In this document: in pieces, positions 1 to 8,822 of the stretch
Numbering within the stretch: the first letter of the stretch is position 1
Layout: each line of letters starts with the position of its first letter
Virus record (IMG/VR): IMGVR_UViG_3300010167_000013
Length of the DNA: 64,000 nucleotides
Strand: one strand, 5' to 3'
Source: a virus
Taxonomy: Duplodnaviria > Caudoviricetes
Position numbers and translations under genes: made by a program
Notes under the pieces: generated by a model
The model's database searches: none
Seen by the model: the letters and a program-made list of their open reading frames with translations, nothing else
What the model was told of the DNA's origin: nothing

Positions 1-259
1 ACCACTATTACCATGATATCAGTGCTTCTCGTTTCGAAGTGCCATCAGCTTGCACCTCTACGTCATTTCTGACTAGTCGTTGAACATGGTACTACTAGAG
101 TACCTTAGCTGCCTATGATTATCTCTATTCTAAGGGTTTTTACTATCCCTAATCCGTTATGATTAGTGCTACCTTATCTATCACTAGTAAGTGCAGTACC
201 TTAGACCTAACGAGAACTCCCGGCAATTATGAGAAGTTTTAAGCCGACATTGGAAGTTT
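1..259 (-). ncRNA. Group I intron (IA2-like) in topoisomerase B gene, 3' part outside window
   Basis: Exon ends GAC GCC GAU (DAD). P1: GCCGAU pairs with intron GUCGGC (243-248) with the U-G wobble at the splice site. P element AAUUGCCGGGA, R element GUUCAACGACUA, P7.1 GUCAGAAAUGAC, P3 CUUCUC/GAGAAG. S element and 3' exon not in window. Confidence 0.9.
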
Positions 260-1810
260 ATCGGCGTCGGACGCAATAATGATCTTGTTGAATTGAAGTC
301 TACTAAGATCAAACTTAGTACCAACATTGCATCCCATGATTTTTATTAGATCATTGAACTCTCTATTCTCTAGTATTCCATTGAGATCTAACTTGAATAC
401 ATTTGCAGATACTCCTCGTATTGCAAATAGTGCCTGAAACTTAGGATCCCTAGATAGTTTCAGACTACCACGGGCAGAATCTCCTTCAACTATGTACAGC
501 TCCTTGTATCCCTTTCTGGAATAATCGGTACAAGGATCATAGTTTTTCATTCTGAAACTACCCCAATTGGTAACATTCTCCCTGAGAACAGCACTACGAG
601 TTTTATCAGCCTCTCGTCTCGCTCTTGCGTTTGTCTTGATTATTGTTATTAGATCTTTCAATTTATTGGGATAGCTCTTGAAGTATGCTCTCAGTGATTC
701 TACAGTTTTATCCTTGATTATTTTCTCAAGGTCATCATTTGCAAGTCTATGTTTTGTTTGGGATGTGAATAGAGAATCTAGTGTAGTATTTAGATTAACC
801 GCCACAGATAGTCCCATTTTTATGTCATCCCATTTGATGTCAAGCTTATCCCTCTCTGACAATGTATCTTTTGTTACTTGTTGAAAGTACCTACAGATGC
901 CTTCTATGCTTCCGTCCAGATGACTTCCTGAATCCACAGTGTTGGTTCCATTACAGAAGGAATCAATGTATGGGACAGATCCATTGGTATACACGAATGC
1001 AATATCCATGGATATGAATCTCTTGAATTTCTTTCCACCTATCTCTTCCATTACATTGTCATCTTCCAGCAATAGACTTATTCTATCACTAACCAAAGCA
1101 TCCTTCTCGTTTCTTAGCACCAATATATGTTCGAATGGTTGAGTCTTGTACTCTTCTACTGTTTCCTTTCCGTGCTTATCAATGTATTTAGAAACTATCT
1201 TGATTTTCTGCTTACTGAGGTATTGAAGATTCACAAGCTCACTATGAATCTGACTCCATATGATTCTGGTATTTCTTCCTAGTACCTTTGATGGTTTGAA
1301 TCTTACAGTCAGTCCATGTTTGTCTGGATGACAAGCCTTCTCTTCTTCTTCTATCTTTTCTCCTTCGTTGAATAATATTCGTTTGAGTTTATTCTCAGTT
1401 CCTCCACGATAACTTGTTACCTCGGTGATTTCTCCTAGAGCGGTATAAGCTATCGTTCCTACCCCATTAGTGCCAAGTATACTTGTGTTCAATTCACTTT
1501 TCTTTTCTGAACTGATGTTAGATCCACTGTTGAGGGTAGTCAATACCTTTTCAAGTTCATTCAATGGTACTCCTCTACCATCGTCGCTGACAGTTATTAT
1601 TCCACTATTCTCATCAAATATTATGTTTATTCCTTTAGCTGGAGATCGAGGATTCTTCACCTCATCAATGCAATTGTAAATTATCTCCAAGCACAATGAT
1701 CTTGCAGCAGCTTCATGAGAATATGAAATATACATGAGGGGCTTTGTTCGTATCTTTAGTATATCTGACTCTAGGTAGTCAAAGGTATCATCGGTGAACT
1801 TATTCATCAT
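260..1810 (-). CDS. gyrB: Type IIA topoisomerase/gyrase B subunit, exon 1
   Basis: GHKL motifs EIIYNCIDE, DDGRGVP, GTNGVG; TOPRIM VEGDSA and IIIASDAD. The ORF-track tail KLPMSA* is intron sequence. Confidence 0.9.
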
Positions 1811-1843
1811 ATCACTCCTGTAATAAAATATCTTCCACTAATA

Positions 1844-1856
1844 AGAATATATAATT
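1844..1856 (-). promoter_or_regulatory. Phage early-promoter-like motif AATTATATATTCT
   Basis: One of about 20 copies, nearly all just upstream of a start on the same strand. Confidence 0.7.
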
Positions 1857-1937
1857 ACATTTAGTACCAATTGTACCAAAAAAACTAGAGAGTTCAATAT
1901 ATCATTACCGAAGTTGTTTTTGATTAATATAGTAAGT

Positions 1938-2103
1938 ATTGTAGGACTTGTAAATAAGGAGAGTGATAATCAGGTATCAGTGGATTAAGATCACAGTTAT
2001 CATTTCCGCTTTCGTCTGAAGATATAGGATCTTATTATTGGACCTCCTGCGAATTGTTCCGATATCAAACCCCACATATCTGACCTCTCCTGTACAACAC
2101 AAT
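1938..2103. ncRNA. Candidate structured ncRNA (three-way junction)
   Basis: Long-range pairings AGGAGAG 1957-63/CTCTCCT 2085-91, TCAGGTAT 1970-77/ATATCTGA 2076-83, GTGG/CCAC, plus two internal hairpins. No sizeable ORF. Abuts a 16-bp hairpin. Confidence 0.45.
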
Positions 2104-2136
2104 GTATGAAGTGCCTATAATAGGCACTTCATACAT
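2102..2136. terminator. 16-bp stem hairpin
   Basis: ATGTATGAAGTGCCTA-TAA-TAGGCACTTCATACAT. Confidence 0.65.
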
Positions 2137-2202
2137 ATCGTTGATGGCTTTACGCCTTTTATAAATCTTTGTGGTACGGATACCCTCTTGGAATCCTCCG
2201 GG

Positions 2203-2349
2203 TTACATCTCTTCGGAGACGGTTAATAAGCTCGTGAAGAAATCCAGAATTAGAACAACTTCCTCATCTGTTAGAGATTCGTCGATTTCAATCAGTTTAA
2301 CAAATTCGCTTATTGAAGGTATACTAGAGCTTTCTCCTAGATAGTCCAT
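2203..2349 (-). CDS. Small acidic protein, 48 aa (not in ORF track)
   Basis: MDYLGESSSIPSISEFVKLIEIDESLTDEEVVLILDFFTSLLTVSEEM; GGGAG RBS and early motif at 2382-2394. Confidence 0.6.
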   Translation of the reverse strand: MDYLGESSSIPSISEFVKLIEIDESLTDEEVVLILDFFTSLLTVSEEM

Positions 2350-2408
2350 TCAAACAACAACTCCCTTCTTTTATCTACATTAGAATATATAATTCAGTTT
2401 GGAGGATA
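2345..2408 (-). repeat. 64-bp promoter+RBS cassette, copy 1 (copy 2 at 59234-59297, inverted)
   Basis: TATCCTCCAAwCTGAATTATATATTCTAATsTAGATAAA...GGAGTTGTTGTT..AATGGA shared with few mismatches. Confidence 0.85.
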
Positions 2409-2433
2409 GACGATGAAGTAGGTGGGATCCCAC

Positions 2434-4278
2434 CTACTTCCTATTCATCTCTTTCATCACGTCTCTACATAATTCTGTCACACTTGGTAAACCAAGATAA
2501 TTATATCCAAAGGTGAGATTGTTCCCACTAACATAACAGTTCACCACTTCTCCTGTCAAGTCCAGGTTTCGCATCTTCCCATTCTTATCCTTTTCCTGGT
2601 AGATGGTATTTGGAGATCTATTCTGAAACTCCCCAGACATAAACTCTTCATTGTCCAACTCACTTTTGAACACTAGGGTTCCTTGATCCATATTACATGC
2701 TATCTTGATCGATGGATAGAATGCTCCCATGTCCATGTCAATGGAATTCTCATACACCACGTTAGATGGTGATCCAAGTATTTCCATTCCAACGTTATCA
2801 TTCCATATTGGATTAGCCGTTATCGCTCCCTTGAATGTTGATTCATTGTCATCATCATCCTCATCACCCACAGAATAGAATGGATCACTTTCGTCACTAT
2901 CTATGATATTGAGGTTATTTCCTTGCACCCATCCATCTTCATTGAAGTACCTCTCTCGAACGTTTCTGAGTAGGTGAGTCTCCCTAAATATTTTATTGTA
3001 CGGAGTGAGATTAGAGTGAGACTTCATGTAATATGTCATACAATCGTTAGTCTTTCTCTCTATCCCCACTTGTAATAATACATCCTTCACGTTGTACATC
3101 ACAAACCTAGCCCAGTCCATGTATGGGAAGTATACCATATTCGTTTCAGGAGGGTATTCAATCTTCTGATCTTTCAGTTCTCTGTCACTGATTGCATTCA
3201 ATGATACCGATTTCAACATCTGTTGAGATTTTCTAATTGACGCAAAGAGTCGCATTTGGCACAAGTAGTGGGTGTATGAGCTACATGTAAAATAGTCATA
3301 TTGCTTCTCAAGGTTGAACATCAGTTTATCTACATGGAAATAGCATTTTGGATTCTCAAAGTCTGGATGACACATGATCGATCTCGGATCGTATCCTAGA
3401 GCTTTGATTCTCTCCAGTAGATACTGAATGTCAAATCTCATATTCCATGCCATGCAGAAGTTTGGTTTACGATCATTGATCAATCGGAATATATCGGCTA
3501 TTAGTTCTATCTCATCCTTGTAGTCCCTCACGATGTATTTCGCATTACCATACATCTCATCAAATGAATCATTGAGACTCTTGATGAACTTATCCATATT
3601 CCCCATTAGCTTCTCATGTTGAGCTAACTGACTCTCATAGTGGTCGTATCTAACCTTGTATTCGTCAGCATCTAAATATCCCATCTTGGATGGTTTATAT
3701 GGCTTCAGTAGAAAGGTATAGCACTCCTTGGTTTCTTCTAGGAATATGGTAGCACAGTTCACAGGAGCATATGCAGTCCCAGATAGTTTGTCCAAGTCTG
3801 GAGTGAAGTCAATGAGATCGGTCTCAATGTCGATGAAGGCTTTTGTTAATCGTACATTTCCCAGTTGATATTTATTGTACCAATCTCTCATGAAATAGAA
3901 CTCAGGTTGAAAGTCACATCCGAACGAATACCTCCATCCATATAGTCTGTCTAAACCCTTGTAGTCTTTGTTCTCGAAACATTCCTGAATGAATCTTTCC
4001 CCTTCTTCTCCAATATCTCTTGCTATTTCATATCTGATCTTGCTGATCAGAACCCTTCTTTTTTCCAACCTCTCTATTCTTTCTTGAGGTTTGTTGTAGT
4101 TGAATGTTCTGAACTCTGGCTTCACAAAGTAGATATCAACTTCGGCAGGTTCATTGGACTTATATATCCTGCCATCTTCAGTCTTGTAGATTACTTCGAA
4201 ATATTCTTCGATTCCTTTCTTTACATCGGGACGATTATATGTAACATTCAATAGAATCGGGTTGTTCCCACGTATCAC
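2434..4278 (-). CDS. Family B DNA polymerase, N-terminal subunit (3'-5' exonuclease + motif A) of a split enzyme
   Basis: ExoI FIDIETD, ExoII AWNMRFDIQY, ExoIII YNVKDV, motif A DMGAFYPS. Motifs B (KxxxNxxYG) and C (YGDTDS) absent. Confidence 0.85.
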   Translation of the reverse strand: MIRGNNPILLNVTYNRPDVKKGIEEYFEVIYKTEDGRIYKSNEPAEVDIYFVKPEFRTFNYNKPQERIERLEKRRVLISKIRYEIARDIGEEGERFIQECFENKDYKGLDRLYGWRYSFGCDFQPEFYFMRDWYNKYQLGNVRLTKAFIDIETDLIDFTPDLDKLSGTAYAPVNCATIFLEETKECYTFLLKPYKPSKMGYLDADEYKVRYDHYESQLAQHEKLMGNMDKFIKSLNDSFDEMYGNAKYIVRDYKDEIELIADIFRLINDRKPNFCMAWNMRFDIQYLLERIKALGYDPRSIMCHPDFENPKCYFHVDKLMFNLEKQYDYFTCSSYTHYLCQMRLFASIRKSQQMLKSVSLNAISDRELKDQKIEYPPETNMVYFPYMDWARFVMYNVKDVLLQVGIERKTNDCMTYYMKSHSNLTPYNKIFRETHLLRNVRERYFNEDGWVQGNNLNIIDSDESDPFYSVGDEDDDDNESTFKGAITANPIWNDNVGMEILGSPSNVVYENSIDMDMGAFYPSIKIACNMDQGTLVFKSELDNEEFMSGEFQNRSPNTIYQEKDKNGKMRNLDLTGEVVNCYVSGNNLTFGYNYLGLPSVTELCRDVMKEMNRK

Positions 4279-4358
4279 CTTTCATTTCTCCTCCCATAAA
4301 AAATACCGACTTCGTCTTCACGATGTTTGTAGTCGGTATTCTATTTAATTATTATTTA

Positions 4359-5078
4359 TTATACGAGTGACGGTATAAGAGGCTCACGATATCCATAGCT
4401 AAGTCTATGAGGGTCAACTATTGAGAAATAGGTATTAGTGAATCTGGATAATATGCAATACCTTTGTTCCAGACTCATCCCAGCTACTATCCAGGCAGAG
4501 TTCATTCCCTCAACTAGTGTTAGTATGAATAGACGTTCCCCATCAGCGAAGTCTCTCATATTTTTTCCTTTACTAGCTTCTTCTGGATGCCTCTTTCTCC
4601 ATTCCTTGGCAGTAATGTCGAATACTATTTTGTTGACCATGTCGGCTTCATCAGCTAGCATTCCTCGTAGTTGATATTTCCCAAGATCTCTATTTACTGC
4701 TGATGACGTCTCAATCTTGATGTTGTGGAAATCTCTTGTTAATTTTCTTATCAGATCCCATTGATTCCGTGTGCAAACATAAGACCCACCTTTTCTGATA
4801 GATGGCAGTACCTCACTCGTAATCCATTGTTTGAATGCTTTTGCTTTAGGGTCGTCACTCTGCATGATTAGCGAATACAGACCTGATTCGTTGACTAATG
4901 TTCCTTCTGGTTCTACAAAATTCACATCGTCTCTGTCAAGCCTATTAATAGCATAATATTGTTCAAAAATACCTACTGCATAACAAACGTCTTCTGCTAG
5001 AAACCAGATAACACCATCTTTTTCAAACGTTTTAATTCCGCCAAACAATTCGTGATTGAAGATTTGAAATTCCTTCAT
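4359..5078 (-). CDS. Bro-N domain DNA-binding/antirepressor-like protein
   Basis: FNHELFGGIK...WFLAEDVC...VNESGLYSLI...FKQWITSEVLPSIRKGGSY. C-terminus (EADMVN..TAKEW..NMRDFA) resembles the tail of KilA-N proteins. Start moved to MKEF after a GAAGGAG RBS. Confidence 0.85.
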   Translation of the reverse strand: MKEFQIFNHELFGGIKTFEKDGVIWFLAEDVCYAVGIFEQYYAINRLDRDDVNFVEPEGTLVNESGLYSLIMQSDDPKAKAFKQWITSEVLPSIRKGGSYVCTRNQWDLIRKLTRDFHNIKIETSSAVNRDLGKYQLRGMLADEADMVNKIVFDITAKEWRKRHPEEASKGKNMRDFADGERLFILTLVEGMNSAWIVAGMSLEQRYCILSRFTNTYFSIVDPHRLSYGYREPLIPSLV

Positions 5079-5293
5079 TGCATTTATCTCCTTCACATTG
5101 GAATTACGATAAATGAGACGGGAGATTTCTCTCCTCATCCCATTTATCTATTATAATATAATGGCATTCCTATAGGGTTCCTGTGATTGGACAGGCCATT
5201 GCCCTATGGTAATAATACAAGTAGCTGCTCCTCTCTGCATTATATGTCTTATATTATAATATATAATTCTGTGAAGGACCTCTCGTTCGGGTG

Positions 5294-5551
5294 CTAGAAG
5301 TGCCAGTATTTATCTTTATCTTTTTTCTTCTTTTTGTTCTTTTTGATTGACAGATAGAGGGAGTGGCTATTCCTTCCATCCTTTCCTTTTCTTTTCTTTT
5401 TTTGTGGCTTGGTGTAATCTTTCACCACATCATACACTGCTCTGTTCTGACCACTTTTCTTGTAACCTAGTAGATACTTCTGGATGTTATCCATCGTTAT
5501 CATAGATACTAGATTTTCCAGAAACTTGTTGGGCATTTTCTCATCAGACAT
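5294..5551 (-). CDS. Hypothetical basic protein
   Basis: 85 aa, GAGGAGG RBS, Lys-rich C-terminus. Confidence 0.7.
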   Translation of the reverse strand: MSDEKMPNKFLENLVSMITMDNIQKYLLGYKKSGQNRAVYDVVKDYTKPQKKKRKGKDGRNSHSLYLSIKKNKKKKKDKDKYWHF

Positions 5552-5565
5552 TACAATATCCTCCT

Positions 5566-6417
5566 CTATCTGTTGGGGTCGTAGAATGGGTCATAACCTC
5601 TGAACAACTGTTTGGTCAGATCTACTGCTACGTCCTTGTTGAGTTTGATTGGAGATTTTCTTCTTCTACGAGCTTCCTCATGTGTCTTTGCCATCCTCTT
5701 GGCAACTCCCTTGGACACGACATACATATCCATCCATCTCACGAGTATCTCAGCTCGGTATTCCTTGATCCATCTTGAGTTACCAGGGATGAAATCCTTG
5801 AGGAACGCTTGTACTATCTTCTTATCTTTCCTACGAGCATCCTTGTTTGATGATATCAAAAACCCATGCCTCTTGATATTCTTCTTTGCTCTCTTGGAAC
5901 TCTTCATGACTCTTGACTGTCCATATTTCTTCTTTTTCATCTTTGGACTTGGAAACAGAGCATCGATTGATGAGTAATCATCATCTTCGTCATCGTCATC
6001 ATCTTCCATGTCTTCATCATCGTGAAGTTTGCTGGATATATAATCGGTGGAACTAGAAGATGAATACTCTATCATATCGTTGTCACACTCCAGAAAATAC
6101 TCATCCAGATCCATTATGACAAGTGCACATGAAGTTCTCATGTCACCCATATGGTAGTAATCTATCCCAATCTCGGTTACAGTATCCTGAAGATTATCTG
6201 TAAATAAAGATACGATGTTAGTTGCCAACACTGGGACATTCATGGTCTCTAGTACATCATCTCGGTACAAGATTGCATATCCATATTGCACTTCATTGAC
6301 TCTGATTTCATTTTCGTCAGAGAATGTTTTTCCATATATCGATTCGTCATACCTTGGAATCTCAGTTAGCTCAATATCAGATGGGAAGACATTGATCCTC
6401 AACCTGGTTCTGTTCAT
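5566..6417 (-). CDS. Hypothetical protein with acidic tract then basic region
   Basis: 283-aa ORF with RBS, in operon. Confidence 0.75.
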   Translation of the reverse strand: MNRTRLRINVFPSDIELTEIPRYDESIYGKTFSDENEIRVNEVQYGYAILYRDDVLETMNVPVLATNIVSLFTDNLQDTVTEIGIDYYHMGDMRTSCALVIMDLDEYFLECDNDMIEYSSSSSTDYISSKLHDDEDMEDDDDDEDDDYSSIDALFPSPKMKKKKYGQSRVMKSSKRAKKNIKRHGFLISSNKDARRKDKKIVQAFLKDFIPGNSRWIKEYRAEILVRWMDMYVVSKGVAKRMAKTHEEARRRRKSPIKLNKDVAVDLTKQLFRGYDPFYDPNR

Positions 6418-6444
6418 TCGTATTCTCCTTTTATTTTATTTTCA

Positions 6445-6687
6445 TTAATCCAACATGTTCCACTCATCATAATCTTTAAATACACTTTTATCTCCTGCTT
6501 TTAGTTTCTTGATTAGCTTCTTGACCATCCTAATTGCATGGCTGACATTCTCCCTACTTTCCATTATCCCCTTTGGAATCACCATCACTTCCTCCAGAAC
6601 CATTATGTAGTCTTCGATATGATCTGCAAGTAGCTTCATATCATCCTTGGTAATATTCGCTGGATCGAACTCATTATGCATGACCAT
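6445..6687 (-). CDS. Hypothetical protein
   Basis: 80 aa, GGAGGTG RBS, early motif at 6733-6745. Confidence 0.7.
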   Translation of the reverse strand: MVMHNEFDPANITKDDMKLLADHIEDYIMVLEEVMVIPKGIMESRENVSHAIRMVKKLIKKLKAGDKSVFKDYDEWNMLD

Positions 6688-6763
6688 ATCATCACCTCCG
6701 AAATTAAAACGATACTAATCTTCGATATATTTATAATATATAATTAAAAATGGGGGATTATTT

Positions 6764-8062
6764 ATGACTATAATAGGTATCAAGGAGAATTATGTTTCCA
6801 ATATACTCACATGGGCAATTGCCAACGGAGCCGACATAAAGGATGACCCGCCACTAGTAGAACTAATCAATAGGGAGCTCCATTATCTCGTCACAATTGT
6901 GGATGTAAATCTATTTGAGTTATTCAGACTAACACAAAGGTATCGAGATAAACTAAGAATAGTGAATGAGAAACAAGCTGAGATACCAACCAATGCAAGT
7001 CTGCATGAATCATTCCCAGGAGATCATCCGAGGAAAGATGATAATGGGAATATTGAATGTTGGGAAATAGCCAGGGATTGTATCGTCAAGTTCATGAACT
7101 TGGTATCTCAAATGCAGACAGATGATGATATCATTCATCCAGGGGCAGTTAGATTATTCATTCCAATGATATGTAGAAAATATTCTGTACAGATACCAGT
7201 TGACTTTGTAGACCTTGTCGAAGCTCTATCTCCTGATGAAGCAGCTAAGTTATTTACTCGGGAATATCCTAGCACACTTCAGGCCATTGTAGATGGAACT
7301 CCAATTTCCGACTCAACGACTGATAGGATCATGCACAATGCCATCAGAATACTTTCCATGGCATTCGTCAAAGCTACTGAACCTCTTCGATACAATGATC
7401 GGTACATATCATATCTCAAGACCATCAAATATTCCCCACTCAAGAAATATCAGGGGAATAAGTTGTACAAGTTTGGACTACTTGGATTCTCCAAGAAAGA
7501 CACCATATCTCGATCTGAGTTAAATTGCACTCTGTTCAAACCCAATCCAGTCAACATGATGACAGCATTGAAACGGTTGGGTAAACTCAACAGTCCACTT
7601 GAGTTTGAGTTTGTTGTTCAGATGCCAATTCAATACATGCAATTATTGGAGAATTCATTTGGTCAGGATGTGTTGTCGATATCATGTGAATCCCCAATGA
7701 AGACAATAATCGAAGGTGACCTGATATATGATGATTTCAAAACTCCAGAATACGCCGGAGAAGACAACGAGAGTGAAATAGAAAAGCACACCAATAGCAT
7801 TGAGGCTTACCGTGTGAGAATAACAGAATGCAATGTGACAATGCTAGTATACTATCCGATATTATTCACCAAGGACGGTGTAGATGAGAGTGCTGGTTTT
7901 GCACTACTACCATCATTGTACAAGTCAATAGCAGTGATTAAATTCAATTCAGAAAATATTCAAAAGTTCATTGGTCACAATGATCCGTTGATATCAGAGA
8001 TGTTTCAAGAAATGTCTGAGGTAATGGAATCTGTCAATGAGGACATCAGAAAAGTAAAATAA
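6764..8062 (+). CDS. Hypothetical protein, possibly a degenerate tandem ThyX-fold
   Basis: Two halves echo the ThyX pattern (AVRLFIPM; AGFALLPSLYKSIAVIKFNSENIQKFI versus ARxxLP...N.R.L..F) but lack RHRxxS. CDS is solid, fold call is tentative. Confidence 0.4.
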   Translation: MTIIGIKENYVSNILTWAIANGADIKDDPPLVELINRELHYLVTIVDVNLFELFRLTQRYRDKLRIVNEKQAEIPTNASLHESFPGDHPRKDDNGNIECWEIARDCIVKFMNLVSQMQTDDDIIHPGAVRLFIPMICRKYSVQIPVDFVDLVEALSPDEAAKLFTREYPSTLQAIVDGTPISDSTTDRIMHNAIRILSMAFVKATEPLRYNDRYISYLKTIKYSPLKKYQGNKLYKFGLLGFSKKDTISRSELNCTLFKPNPVNMMTALKRLGKLNSPLEFEFVVQMPIQYMQLLENSFGQDVLSISCESPMKTIIEGDLIYDDFKTPEYAGEDNESEIEKHTNSIEAYRVRITECNVTMLVYYPILFTKDGVDESAGFALLPSLYKSIAVIKFNSENIQKFIGHNDPLISEMFQEMSEVMESVNEDIRKVK

Positions 8063-8105
8063 ATAAAGCATGGGAAGGGAGTGATCCCTTCCCATATTTA
8101 CTATC

Positions 8106-8729
8106 TCAACTACGCATAACAAAACTTCTTGTTATTGACATTAGTATGGCTGGTATTATTACCAGCAGACATGTCATGCATGTTTCCTCATTGGCATAGT
8201 AGAAGTTTTTGATCGCTTCTGTGAATTTCTTCACCTTTTTCTTGATCGCATTCCAGAATCTGTGAAGCTTCGACCCTAACTCTATCTTGTCCAGATTGAT
8301 TCCACTTTCTTTTTGTGCGTCTTTGATTCGATCATCGATGTCCCTAATCCTAGAATTGAAATAAGCTATCTTCTTACTTTCTTTCTTCTTCCGAGGACTA
8401 AGGTCGGAGAGTTTGTACTGAAGACGAGTTTTCTTTGCTAACAATGCTATTATCTCATCTTCGTACTCTTTCTTACTTTTCTTTTCCTTTTCTTTTTCCA
8501 ATTTCTTCAATACCACCATTCTACTGGCATTGTCATCTGCCATTTCTTTCTTTCGTACTTTTGTGAATTCCTCATCGACCGACAGAGGTCCTCTGGTAGA
8601 ACTGCTTTTGATTGTTGGCATTGGTACCACCCTAGATGGTTTCTTCTTGTAGTCGACTGGAAACTCCCTTCTTAACCTCTGATCTGCCTCTTTGAATATC
8701 TCTGGCACTGGGCCAATGTAGTGTGGCAT
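8106..8729 (-). CDS. Coiled-coil protein with C-terminal TM anchor
   Basis: Charged helical body, hydrophobic CLLVIIPAILMSI end; early motif 8807-8819. Confidence 0.7.
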   Translation of the reverse strand: MPHYIGPVPEIFKEADQRLRREFPVDYKKKPSRVVPMPTIKSSSTRGPLSVDEEFTKVRKKEMADDNASRMVVLKKLEKEKEKKSKKEYEDEIIALLAKKTRLQYKLSDLSPRKKKESKKIAYFNSRIRDIDDRIKDAQKESGINLDKIELGSKLHRFWNAIKKKVKKFTEAIKNFYYANEETCMTCLLVIIPAILMSITRSFVMRS

Positions 8730-8822
8730 TTACAGCATCCCTCCAATGATTGAGATTGGTGTTCTGGATTTCTCCAGAACACCAATAACCTAATCTGCTT
8801 ACTATTATAATATATAATTCTA

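Noticed and set aside
5165-5215. Imperfect hairpin upstream of the Bro-N gene as a riboswitch
   Set aside because: Single weak stem, no recognisable aptamer.
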